A stretch of 40,137 bases of DNA from sequence record OW991346; one strand, 5' to 3'. This document shows positions 9,457 to 17,235 of this stretch, one piece after another; within the stretch, counting starts at the first letter, position 1; each line of letters opens with the position of its first letter. The DNA is from Escherichia phage vB_Eco_Bam. Made by a program: the position numbers and the translations under genes. The notes beneath the pieces were generated by a model that was given only the letters and a program-made list of their open reading frames with translations, searched no databases and had not been told where the DNA came from.

Positions 9457-10182
9457 ATGTCAACTAAGCCACAAAAGAAAATGTACACAACTCCGGTCGG
9501 TGTCGTAGGTGCATATCCTTACCTGCAACGTCCTGACAAGGGTAACGAGAAGTTCCCTAAGCCTCGCGGTGAGTGGAGCTGTAAGCTGCTGATTCCTAGT
9601 GCTCAAGCACAAAAGGTAGTAGACCTGATTGTGAAGGCTTCCGAGGCCAACTATCAGAACTACCTTGAGAACATTCATCCTAAGCGTCTGGCCGAAGCGA
9701 AAGCAAAAGGTAAGCGTCCGCCTAAGCAACTGGATGAAGCACAGTACCCATTCTATGAAGACGACCAAGGTAACGTAGTATTCACCTTCAAGAGTCACGC
9801 TTCATACCAAGACAAGTCTGGTGAGACTAAAGAGATTACTCTGCGTGTCTACGACTGCCAAGGTAAGCGCATTCAGGTAGTACCTAACATCTGCAATGGT
9901 TCTGAGGGTCGTGTTGAGTTCTCACTCGTGCCTTACGTCTCCGAAGTCGCTAACGTTGGTATCAAGCTGCAACTTGAGAAGTTCCAACTGTTGAAGCTGA
10001 AGGAATGGACAGGCAATGACACCTTCGGTGGTGGCGCTGTGGAAGGCTATGAAGATGGCTTCAAGGCTGATGAATTTAGTGGTGAAGGCACAGGCTTTGA
10101 AGACCACGACTACAGCGATGATGAACCTGCTGGTGGTACTGCTCAGGACTACCACGAAGACACTACCTACGGTGACTTCTAA
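9457..10182 (+). CDS. gp2.5: single-stranded DNA-binding protein (T7 gp2.5-like)
   Basis: 241 aa; acidic C-terminal tail ending in F (...TTYGDF); core LVPYVSEVANVGIKLQLEKF resembles T7 gp2.5; RBS AAGGAGGA. Confidence 0.9.
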   Translation: MSTKPQKKMYTTPVGVVGAYPYLQRPDKGNEKFPKPRGEWSCKLLIPSAQAQKVVDLIVKASEANYQNYLENIHPKRLAEAKAKGKRPPKQLDEAQYPFYEDDQGNVVFTFKSHASYQDKSGETKEITLRVYDCQGKRIQVVPNICNGSEGRVEFSLVPYVSEVANVGIKLQLEKFQLLKLKEWTGNDTFGGGAVEGYEDGFKADEFSGEGTGFEDHDYSDDEPAGGTAQDYHEDTTYGDF

Positions 10183-10631
10183 TGGCTAGGACTCCGGTAC
10201 GAAAACACAATGTGAGTGCGTATCGGTCTGGCCTAGAGGAAAAGATTGCGGGTCAGCTTGAACAGGCTGGCCTGCCAGTACGCTTCGAGGAGGCATACAT
10301 TAAGTATGTCATCCCTGAGTCAGACCATAAGTACACACCTGACTTCATCCTACCTAACGGTATCATCATTGAGTCAAAGGGTCTGTTCGATGTAGACGAT
10401 AGGAAGAAACACCTGTTGCTCAAAGACCAGTATCCTGAGTTAGACATCCGGTTTGTGTTCTCTCGATCAGCCACTAAGCTGTACAAGGGAGCCAAGACCA
10501 CGTATGCCGATTGGTGTGAACGTTATGGTTTTCAGTATGCTGACAAACTGATTCCGCCTAACTGGTTACGTGAATCCCATAAACCTATTCCAGAAGGAGT
10601 ATTGATACCTAAAGGAGGTAAATCAAAATGA
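10182..10631 (+). CDS. gp3: endonuclease I, Holliday-junction resolvase (T7 gp3-like)
   Basis: 149 aa, same length as T7 gp3; blocks YTPDFILPNGIIIESKGLFDVDDRKKHLL and KLYKG match T7 gp3. Confidence 0.93.
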   Translation: MARTPVRKHNVSAYRSGLEEKIAGQLEQAGLPVRFEEAYIKYVIPESDHKYTPDFILPNGIIIESKGLFDVDDRKKHLLLKDQYPELDIRFVFSRSATKLYKGAKTTYADWCERYGFQYADKLIPPNWLRESHKPIPEGVLIPKGGKSK

Positions 10632-11083
10632 AGACTAAATTTAAGAAACGTCCTGAGACTACCAAGATTGTAGTCCACTGTTCGGCTACCCGTGAGGACA
10701 AAGACTTTGGTGTGCGTGACATCCGCCTGTGGCATAAAGCTAAAGGTTGGCTGGATGTAGGCTACCACTACGTTATCAAGCGTGATGGTACTATCGAAGA
10801 AGGTCGTCCTGATGATGTAATCGGTGCAGGTGCAGAGGGTCACAACACTGACTCAATCCACATCTGTCTGGTTGGTGGTCTGGACAAGGAGGGCAATACA
10901 CTCGAAGGCTTCCACAATGCGTTCACTGACGCTCAGGAGGTGTCTCTGTTCCACCTGATTGCTGCAATGGAGGAGAAGTATCCTACCGTTCGCGTAGTGT
11001 GTGGACACCGCGACCTGCCTCGTGTAGCCAAAGCGTGTCCTTGCTTCGATGTCGTTAAGTGGCTGGAAGAAGTGGTAGTCTAA
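10628..11083 (+). CDS. gp3.5: lysozyme / N-acetylmuramoyl-L-alanine amidase (T7 gp3.5-like)
   Basis: 151 aa, same length as T7 lysozyme; VHCSAT, WLDVGYHYVIKRDGT, ICLVGG match T7 gp3.5. Confidence 0.95.
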   Translation: MKTKFKKRPETTKIVVHCSATREDKDFGVRDIRLWHKAKGWLDVGYHYVIKRDGTIEEGRPDDVIGAGAEGHNTDSIHICLVGGLDKEGNTLEGFHNAFTDAQEVSLFHLIAAMEEKYPTVRVVCGHRDLPRVAKACPCFDVVKWLEEVVV

Positions 11084-11131
11084 GTTACATACTCAAGGTC
11101 ATCCGTAATGGGTGGCCTTTATGAATGTAAT
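11084..11131 (+). promoter_or_regulatory. RNase III-type processing site (R3.8 analog)
   Basis: Upper stem AAGGTCATCC / GGGTGGCCTT, lower stem GTTACAT / ATGTAAT; directly after the lysozyme stop, as T7 R3.8. Confidence 0.55.
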
Positions 11132-11150
11132 TAACACCCACTATTGGTAT
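11129..11150 (+). promoter_or_regulatory. phage RNAP promoter (AATTAACACCCACTATTGGTAT)
   Basis: Consensus match through +2; overlaps the 3' arm of an RNase III-like structure. Confidence 0.65.
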
Positions 11151-11171
11151 TAACTCAAAGGAGAAAACAAT

Positions 11172-11672
11172 ATGTCAACATCTATGTCATTCGACCGTGC
11201 TGTACACATTGCCTGCAAAACTCTGATGTCTGCGGGTAGCTTCACTCAAGACGAACGCGCTGCTGCGTATGACACCTTGGTAAGCGTCAATGTCCAGTTC
11301 AAACAGATGTTCGAGAACATGTTCCCACAAATTGCTAAGGCAGAGCCAAAGGTTAACGACACTCTGTCTAAGTTTGAGGAAATCCTGAACGAACCAGAGT
11401 TGGAGATGGTTAGCAACATTGTTGAACTACGTGGTGCAACAAAGGCTATGAACGACAATGGGTTCTTTGATGGTATGAAGTTTGAGGTGGTAACATCTCG
11501 TGGTACTCCTTACTCAAACAACAAGTACCGTGTATCCCTGTGTCGTCACCTGCGTACTGGTAAGCTGGCATGGTTAACCTCAGACAAACTTGAGTCAATC
11601 GAAATGACTAAGGAGAAGTACGACTCTCTGGTTGAGAAGCGTATGGCTAAATCTTACAAGTACGACTTTTAA
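11172..11672 (+). CDS. hypothetical protein
   Basis: 166 aa; RBS AGGAGA; lies between lysozyme and DNA polymerase, where T7 carries gene 4. No recognisable motif. Confidence 0.6.
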   Translation: MSTSMSFDRAVHIACKTLMSAGSFTQDERAAAYDTLVSVNVQFKQMFENMFPQIAKAEPKVNDTLSKFEEILNEPELEMVSNIVELRGATKAMNDNGFFDGMKFEVVTSRGTPYSNNKYRVSLCRHLRTGKLAWLTSDKLESIEMTKEKYDSLVEKRMAKSYKYDF

Positions 11673-11684
11673 TAGGAGCTACAA

Positions 11685-13760
11685 ATGATTTCCATCAAGG
11701 TATCGGATATAGAGACAGACGGGCTATTGGATACTGTCTCTAAGTTTCACTGTGCTGTGGTCATCGACTACTTCACTGGTGAGACAATCCGCTATGCCCC
11801 GTGGGACTTCAAGAAGTATATCGAAGACATCGAGCGGTGGTCTGCTGAAGGCCACTTGCTTGCATACCACAACGGTATCAAGTATGACGTTCCTGCCTTG
11901 AATATCCTGAAGAAGAAACACTTCGGTAAGCGGTTGAATATCAACAAGAAATCATTTCTGGATACCCTAGTGTGTACCCGTCTTGTGTACTCAAACATCA
12001 AAGACATTGATGGGGGTCTGATGCGTTCAGGCCGCCTGCCGTCTAAGATGTTCGGGTCACACTCATTGAAGGCTTGGGGTTATCGCTTGGGAATCCTGAA
12101 GGGTGAGTACGGTGAGCAAGAGAACGCATGGGCTGAGTACACTGTGGACATGATGGACTACTGTGAGCAGGACGTTCGAGTAACAGTCTCTCTGCTTGAG
12201 AAGTTGTTCACCAATGAGTGGTACTTTACGCCTAACCAGTGGGGTGACTTCAGCGAGTCTATTCGCTTGGAGCATGACGCTGCGTGGGTTCTCGCTAAGA
12301 TGGAACGCAACGGTTTTCCGTTTGACACCAAAAGCGCAGTCGCTCTGTACGCACAAGAAGCTGGGCATAAGCAAAACTTATATCAAGAGTTGGTTAAGAC
12401 CTTCGGCTCATGGTACAGACCAAAAGGTGGTACTACTCCGTTCTTGCATCCGGTCACTGGTCAACCACTGGATAAGTATCCTCGCGTTAAATACCCTAAG
12501 GCTGGCTCACTGTTCACTAAGTCCGGTAAGCTGTCTTCAACGTTGTATTACGAAGGACGACCATTCACTCCGGTTGAGCATGTAACGTTTAACCCTGCGT
12601 CTCGTGACCACATCGTTAAGGTACTGAAAGACATCGGGTGGACTCCTGTAGACTTCACTGATGCGGGTAACCCTGTAGTAGACGATGATGCACTGTCTAT
12701 CGTTATCGAACACAAGCTAGTACCTGAGGAGTACATTTCAAAGGTAGAGCTGATTCGTGAGTACCTGACGGTTAACAAACTGCTTGGTCAGTTAGCTGAA
12801 GGTGATAACGCTTGGTTGCGACATGAACGTGATGGTTATATCCACGGTTCTGTTAACCCTAACGGCGCTGTAACTGGTCGTGCGACTCACGCATTCCCTA
12901 ACGTTGCACAGGTTCCTTCAATCCGTAAGTATCGGGGCAAAGAGTGTCGCTCATTGTTCGGCGCTTGTCACCACATCGGGAAAGACGGTAAGCCTTGGAT
13001 TCAGGTTGGTGTCGATGCTAGTGGTCTTGAGCTTCGCTGCTTGGGTCACTTCATGGCTCGCTATGATGACGGTGCTTACATTGACGTAATCCTGAACGGT
13101 GACATCCATTGGCAGAACTGTATTGCCGCTGGTCTTCATCCTAACGTTCCACGGGATAAGCACAACGAAGCACACGAAGCCGCACGTAACAACGCTAAGA
13201 CGTTTATCTATGGCTTCCTGTATGGTGCAGGTGCGGCCAAGATAGGTGAGATTGTAGGTAAGTTTGGTGAGGAAGGTAAGAAGGCAGGTAAGGAACTCAT
13301 TGAGTCATTCCTGAATGAAACACCTGCAATCAAGGCACTGCGTGAAGCTGTAGCTGACACCCTCATTGCCGATGCTAAGTGGGTCAACGGTGAGCAACAA
13401 ATCAAGTGGAAGCGTAAGTGGATTCGTGGTATGGATGGCCGTAAGGTTCACGTCCGGTCACCACACGCTGCGTTGAACACTCTGTTGCAATCTGCTGGTG
13501 CTCTCATTTGTAAGAAATGGGTAGTCGTACTTGTGCAGATGCTTGAGGACAAAGGCTATGTACACGGCTGGGATGGAGACTTTGCGCTAATGGGCTGGAT
13601 TCATGACGAGGTTCAGATTGCAGCTCGCACTGAGGAAATCGCACACGACATCATTAACGTGTGTCAAGAGGCTATGCGATTTGTTGGTGAATCGTGGAAC
13701 TTCCGGTGTCCGTTAGATACCGAAGGTAAGATTGGCCGACATTGGGCTGATTGTCACTGA
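11685..13760 (+). CDS. gp5: DNA polymerase (T7 gp5-like, family A)
   Basis: 691 aa; long matches to T7 gp5 (SDIETDGLL exonuclease motif, NPNGAVTGRATHAFPN, DASGLELRCLGHFMAR, NAKTFIYGFLYGAG, VHVRSPHAALNTLLQSAGALICK, HDEVQI). Confidence 0.97.
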   Translation: MISIKVSDIETDGLLDTVSKFHCAVVIDYFTGETIRYAPWDFKKYIEDIERWSAEGHLLAYHNGIKYDVPALNILKKKHFGKRLNINKKSFLDTLVCTRLVYSNIKDIDGGLMRSGRLPSKMFGSHSLKAWGYRLGILKGEYGEQENAWAEYTVDMMDYCEQDVRVTVSLLEKLFTNEWYFTPNQWGDFSESIRLEHDAAWVLAKMERNGFPFDTKSAVALYAQEAGHKQNLYQELVKTFGSWYRPKGGTTPFLHPVTGQPLDKYPRVKYPKAGSLFTKSGKLSSTLYYEGRPFTPVEHVTFNPASRDHIVKVLKDIGWTPVDFTDAGNPVVDDDALSIVIEHKLVPEEYISKVELIREYLTVNKLLGQLAEGDNAWLRHERDGYIHGSVNPNGAVTGRATHAFPNVAQVPSIRKYRGKECRSLFGACHHIGKDGKPWIQVGVDASGLELRCLGHFMARYDDGAYIDVILNGDIHWQNCIAAGLHPNVPRDKHNEAHEAARNNAKTFIYGFLYGAGAAKIGEIVGKFGEEGKKAGKELIESFLNETPAIKALREAVADTLIADAKWVNGEQQIKWKRKWIRGMDGRKVHVRSPHAALNTLLQSAGALICKKWVVVLVQMLEDKGYVHGWDGDFALMGWIHDEVQIAARTEEIAHDIINVCQEAMRFVGESWNFRCPLDTEGKIGRHWADCH

Positions 13761-13774
13761 TATAAGGAGGTCTT

Positions 13775-14110
13775 ATGGCTGCGCGTAAAACGCCTGTTGT
13801 TCGACCTCTCCGCTTCCATACTCACCCTAATGGGTGTATCACCTGCGTATCTCATAAAGCCAACCATGATGGATACTTTCGTTACAAGGTTGGTTCATCC
13901 CGTAATGGGACTGCCAAGATGTTCATGTTCCACCGATTCGTCTGGGAGCATAAGCATGGTGAGATACCAGAAGGCTACACTATTAACCACAAATGTAAGA
14001 ATCGAGGTTGCCAAAATGTAGACCATATGGAATTACTGAGTGTCACTGAACACGCTGCGGAGACTAATCGAAACAGATACAGGAAGATTAAACACCCACT
14101 ATTGGAGTAA
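13775..14110 (+). CDS. HNH endonuclease (putative homing endonuclease)
   Basis: 111 aa; HNH-type motif HRFVWEHKHGEIPEGYTINHKCKNRGCQNVDHMELLSVTEH; RBS AAGGAGGT. The 3' end overlaps a phage promoter. Confidence 0.8.
   Translation: MAARKTPVVRPLRFHTHPNGCITCVSHKANHDGYFRYKVGSSRNGTAKMFMFHRFVWEHKHGEIPEGYTINHKCKNRGCQNVDHMELLSVTEHAAETNRNRYRKIKHPLLE
14087..14108 (+). promoter_or_regulatory. phage RNAP promoter, variant (ATTAAACACCCACTATTGGAGT)
   Basis: Core CACCCACTATTGGAG intact, upstream AT-rich part shifted; lies within the 3' end of the HNH gene. Confidence 0.5.
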
Positions 14111-14161
14111 GGGAGCCAAAGTTCCCTAACTAAATGTCTATTAACATAAGGAGAATACACT

Positions 14162-14488
14162 ATGTCACACCCTAAACATATGACCCACAAGTTCAACGTA
14201 TCATTCGACCTGAAGACTGTTGTTCCACTGGAAGGTGCCGAAGCTGCTCTGCAAAAGATTGTAGCCCACCACAAAGAGAACGTAGAGAACAAGGTCCCTG
14301 TGACTAAGCAGACTGTATTTGCTGGTCTTGTTGCTGAAGCATATGAGACTAAAGGCATTGAAGCTGCTGTGGTTGAACTGATGCGTTTTAACTTGCGTGA
14401 AATGCTGAAGGATGAATTGTCCTCTCTGTTCCATAACACTGAGATTAAGACAATGAGTCCTGTAACCATCAAGGTAGTTCGTGACTAA
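14162..14488 (+). CDS. hypothetical protein (T7 gene 5.5 position)
   Basis: 108 aa; RBS AAGGAGA; assigned by position only. Confidence 0.5.
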   Translation: MSHPKHMTHKFNVSFDLKTVVPLEGAEAALQKIVAHHKENVENKVPVTKQTVFAGLVAEAYETKGIEAAVVELMRFNLREMLKDELSSLFHNTEIKTMSPVTIKVVRD

Positions 14489-14666
14489 GTTACGCCTGCC
14501 CAAGACAACAGTAAACGTGGAAGTGGTCAATGAGAACACCATCCTGATTAACAGGAAGTTCAAGACCACTACCCGTTTCTTTGACTTGAACAGAGAAGAA
14601 GCTCGCATAGTGTATGAAGCCTTAAAGGAGGTATTCAGTAATGAACGATTATCTGAAAGTTCTTAG
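14481..14666 (+). CDS. hypothetical small protein
   Basis: 61 aa; GTG start overlapping the upstream stop; weak support. Confidence 0.3.
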   Translation: MTKLRLPKTTVNVEVVNENTILINRKFKTTTRFFDLNREEARIVYEALKEVFSNERLSESS

Positions 14667-14847
14667 TCACGTTAAGAACCGACCACAAACATTCCAGTCT
14701 GACTTTGTGCGTAACCATGCGTCACTGGTCGCTGAGGCCGCTTCTCGTGGTCACATTAGCTGCCTGAGCAATGGGCGTAACTCAGGGCGTTGGCACCTGA
14801 CTCTCATTGGTCACTCCTTCCTGACTATGGCCGGAGGTGCGCTATGA
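14641..14847 (+). CDS. gp5.7: T7 gp5.7-like protein
   Basis: 68 aa; MNDYLKVL...TFQSDFVRNHASLVAEAASRGHISCL resembles T7 gp5.7 as recalled from memory; RBS AAGGAGGT. Confidence 0.6.
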   Translation: MNDYLKVLSHVKNRPQTFQSDFVRNHASLVAEAASRGHISCLSNGRNSGRWHLTLIGHSFLTMAGGAL

Positions 14848-15710
14848 AAGACCATGCTTTAGGTATGGATGGTGACTACCTAGTGTTTGCCGCTATGTCT
14901 GCTGCTGAGGTAGAGACTCAGTGGGAAGACGATGTGTGGACTCTGGAATGTGACCATGACAAAGCGTGGACTATCTTGTGTCAGTCCATCGAAGCTATCC
15001 GTAAGCGTAAACCTGAATGGGAGGACTCTAAAATTGTGCTCGCCTTTACAGACGAAACAAACTGGCGAAAGTCAGTATTACCAACGTACAAAGCTAATCG
15101 AAAAGCTAGCCGTAAGCCTACTGGTTATCGTCACTTTGTCGAGCGCGTTATGGCTGTTCGTGAGTGGAACTCTTTTCTGCGCCCAACTCTGGAAGGCGAT
15201 GACTGTCTTGGCATCATAGCGACTGCACCTCAGATTGTAGGCTGCAAGTCTGTGACCATCTGCTCCCCAGATAAGGACTTCAAGACTATCCCTTGCGAGT
15301 TCTTCCATATGTCATCCGGTGAGATTACTACTCGCAGTGTAGAACAAGCTGACTGGTGGCACATGTACCAGACTATCATTGGTGACACTACCGATGGTTA
15401 TGGTGGTATCAAGGGTCTGGGTGAGACTGTAGCCGTAGAGTTTCTGAACAATCCGTTTATCTGGGTCGAGTACGAACACGTATTCAAATCAGGTGCTCGC
15501 AAAGGTCAATCTGAAATGCGGTGGCGTAAAGAGCCGAAGCCTGAGGATATGACTCTGTGGCAAGCTATGGTTACCCTTGCGGCCAAGGCTGGGATGACAG
15601 AAGAAGAACTGTTGCAACAAGCACAGGTAGCCCGTATCTGCCGTGCCAGCGACTTTAACTTCAAAGACAAAGAGGTGATTCTGTGGACACCAAACAACGA
15701 CAAGATTTAA
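14844..15710 (+). CDS. gp6: 5'-3' exonuclease (T7 gp6-like)
   Basis: Blocks MDGDYLVFAAMSAAE, IVLAFTDETNWRK, YKANRK, SPDKDFKTIP and GDTTDGYGGI match T7 gp6. ATG 14844 follows RBS GGAGGT; the track ORF starts further upstream at 14790. Confidence 0.93.
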   Translation: MKDHALGMDGDYLVFAAMSAAEVETQWEDDVWTLECDHDKAWTILCQSIEAIRKRKPEWEDSKIVLAFTDETNWRKSVLPTYKANRKASRKPTGYRHFVERVMAVREWNSFLRPTLEGDDCLGIIATAPQIVGCKSVTICSPDKDFKTIPCEFFHMSSGEITTRSVEQADWWHMYQTIIGDTTDGYGGIKGLGETVAVEFLNNPFIWVEYEHVFKSGARKGQSEMRWRKEPKPEDMTLWQAMVTLAAKAGMTEEELLQQAQVARICRASDFNFKDKEVILWTPNNDKI

Positions 15711-15955
15711 AACTCTGCGTTAACTGTAAGTATTGCCGAGTTGTTCCCTGTGGTGACATCTCTGCTGCCTACTACGAGTGTCTTGCTAAGGCACCTGAGG
15801 TTAACGTTGTCACAGGTGACGAGAAGTATTCGTATTGTTCTGTCGTAAGGAACAAAGAGTGCAAAGGACAGTGGTATGTAAAGAAAGAACCTATCCCTGA
15901 GCAAGTACAGGGTACGTTCAGAAAGATTATCACTTGGATTAGCAATAACTTTTAG
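15683..15955 (+). CDS. hypothetical Cys-rich protein
   Basis: 90 aa with no internal Met, so a non-ATG start is required; CxxC-type spacing (CVNCKYC, CGD, C...C). Confidence 0.35.
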   Translation: MDTKQRQDLKLCVNCKYCRVVPCGDISAAYYECLAKAPEVNVVTGDEKYSYCSVVRNKECKGQWYVKKEPIPEQVQGTFRKIITWISNNF

Positions 15956-16000
15956 TTATATCATCAAGGTCATTCTTAGGAGTGGCCTTCATTGGTATAA
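15956..16000 (+). promoter_or_regulatory. RNase III-type processing site (R6.5 analog)
   Basis: Upper stem AAGGTCATTC-TTAG-GAGTGGCCTT; lower stem TTATATCA / TGGTATAA. Confidence 0.55.
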
Positions 16001-16020
16001 TTAACACCCACTATTGGAGG
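15999..16020 (+). promoter_or_regulatory. phage RNAP promoter (AATTAACACCCACTATTGGAGG)
   Basis: Consensus match. Confidence 0.8.
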
Positions 16021-16025
16021 TATCA

Positions 16026-16280
16026 ATGTCTGAAACTTTAAGTGATTTACCTAAAGTACCTCACATCAGTCGTGAACTTGCAGAACACCTAAAGGAAATC
16101 TTCAGTGCTGACCGTCAAATCAATGAAGGTCTACTGCGTGACCCTAATGTTGTTCGCTCTGAGTCTTACCTGCTTGGCTTCCTTGCTGGTCTGGCTTACT
16201 GTGCCTCTCATGTTCAGTACATGATTGACGAACAGGATGGTAAGTTCAACGATGATAATTTAGGTGGATTCCATATGTAA
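16026..16280 (+). CDS. hypothetical protein (T7 gene 6.5 position)
   Basis: 84 aa from ATG 16026 with RBS GGAGGT; follows an RNase III-like site and promoter, as T7 gene 6.5 does. Confidence 0.55.
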   Translation: MSETLSDLPKVPHISRELAEHLKEIFSADRQINEGLLRDPNVVRSESYLLGFLAGLAYCASHVQYMIDEQDGKFNDDNLGGFHM

Positions 16281-16291
16281 GGAGGTCAAAG

Positions 16292-16540
16292 ATGTGTTTC
16301 TTTAAACCGCCTAAGATTGATATGCCTGAGACACCAACTCCTGCCCCACTTCCGCCTCCTGTTGAGGATGCACCTAAAGTGGAGTCCGTAGAGTTCGGAG
16401 GTAAGAAGGAATCAGTCGAGGACGTAACCGGAGTTAAAGGGTCTGGTAGTTCTGGTAAGTCTGCCCTGAAGATTCAGAAGACACCTAAACCAGTAACCAA
16501 CACTACCGGAGCAAACGTGGGTCTTAACACTGTACGGTGA
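16292..16540 (+). CDS. gp6.7: virion protein (T7 gp6.7-like)
   Basis: 82 aa; N-terminus MCF...PK...P and VESVEFGGKKESVED resemble T7 gp6.7; RBS AAGGAGGT. Confidence 0.7.
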   Translation: MCFFKPPKIDMPETPTPAPLPPPVEDAPKVESVEFGGKKESVEDVTGVKGSGSSGKSALKIQKTPKPVTNTTGANVGLNTVR

Positions 16541-16545
16541 TACTT

Positions 16546-16953
16546 ATGGGACTGACAACTAAGTGTTTCTTTCGTGGTGCGGACGAACCGCTGTACACGT
16601 ATGAAGCTCTCCATAAGTATTGCCTTCAGGAGTCACAAGACGTGGAACGTACCAAAGAGGTCTTAGAAGGTCTGCACCGTTATGAGGTGTACGTCTATGA
16701 CCAAGATGGTAACGTTATTGCCTGCACTTACCTTGTACGGTATTTGTGTATGCACCACGGAGATGTGATTGCTTTGGCTGCTTTGTGGATAGACAAGTCA
16801 TATCGTGATGCTGTGTCCGTACAGAAAGCGATTACGCGGGAGGTTGTCACTGTGTGTAAGATGTTCGGTATTACCAAATATCAGCGCAGTAAACACCTCT
16901 CAAAGACTAAACAACTGATAATCACAAAGGAGATACCAAATGGGATTCATTAA
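16546..16953 (+). CDS. hypothetical protein (T7 gene 7 position)
   Basis: About 135 aa from ATG 16546; positional assignment only. Confidence 0.5.
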   Translation: MGLTTKCFFRGADEPLYTYEALHKYCLQESQDVERTKEVLEGLHRYEVYVYDQDGNVIACTYLVRYLCMHHGDVIALAALWIDKSYRDAVSVQKAITREVVTVCKMFGITKYQRSKHLSKTKQLIITKEIPNGIH

Positions 16954-17224
16954 GAAAACCTTTAAGAAACTGACTGGTGCGGATGACGCTGAGAAACGCG
17001 CCCGTGAGGAAGCTGAACGTGCTCGCCGTGAGCAAGAAGAAGCTATCCGTAAACAAGCTGAATTGGACGCTGCTCAACGTGCTGCTACCGAATTGGCTGG
17101 TGAGCAAGAGGTTCAAGCGGAGTCTGTAGGTGACACCACTGAGTCAACACAAAAAAAGAAACTACGGGCAGGTCGAAAGTCCTTGACTGTGGCGCGTGCT
17201 GGCGGCTCTGGTATTAACATCTAA
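16940..17224 (+). CDS. gp7.3: tail assembly / host-range protein (T7 gp7.3-like)
   Basis: 94 aa; C-terminus GRKSLTVARAGGSGINI matches the T7 gp7.3 C-terminus (KKSLSVARSSGGGINI). Confidence 0.75.
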   Translation: MGFIKKTFKKLTGADDAEKRAREEAERARREQEEAIRKQAELDAAQRAATELAGEQEVQAESVGDTTESTQKKKLRAGRKSLTVARAGGSGINI

Positions 17225-17235
17225 GGTGGTAGTCT

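Noticed and set aside
12196-12585. 129-aa alternate-frame ORF inside the DNA polymerase gene
   Set aside because: Embedded in the conserved gp5 reading frame with no independent signals.
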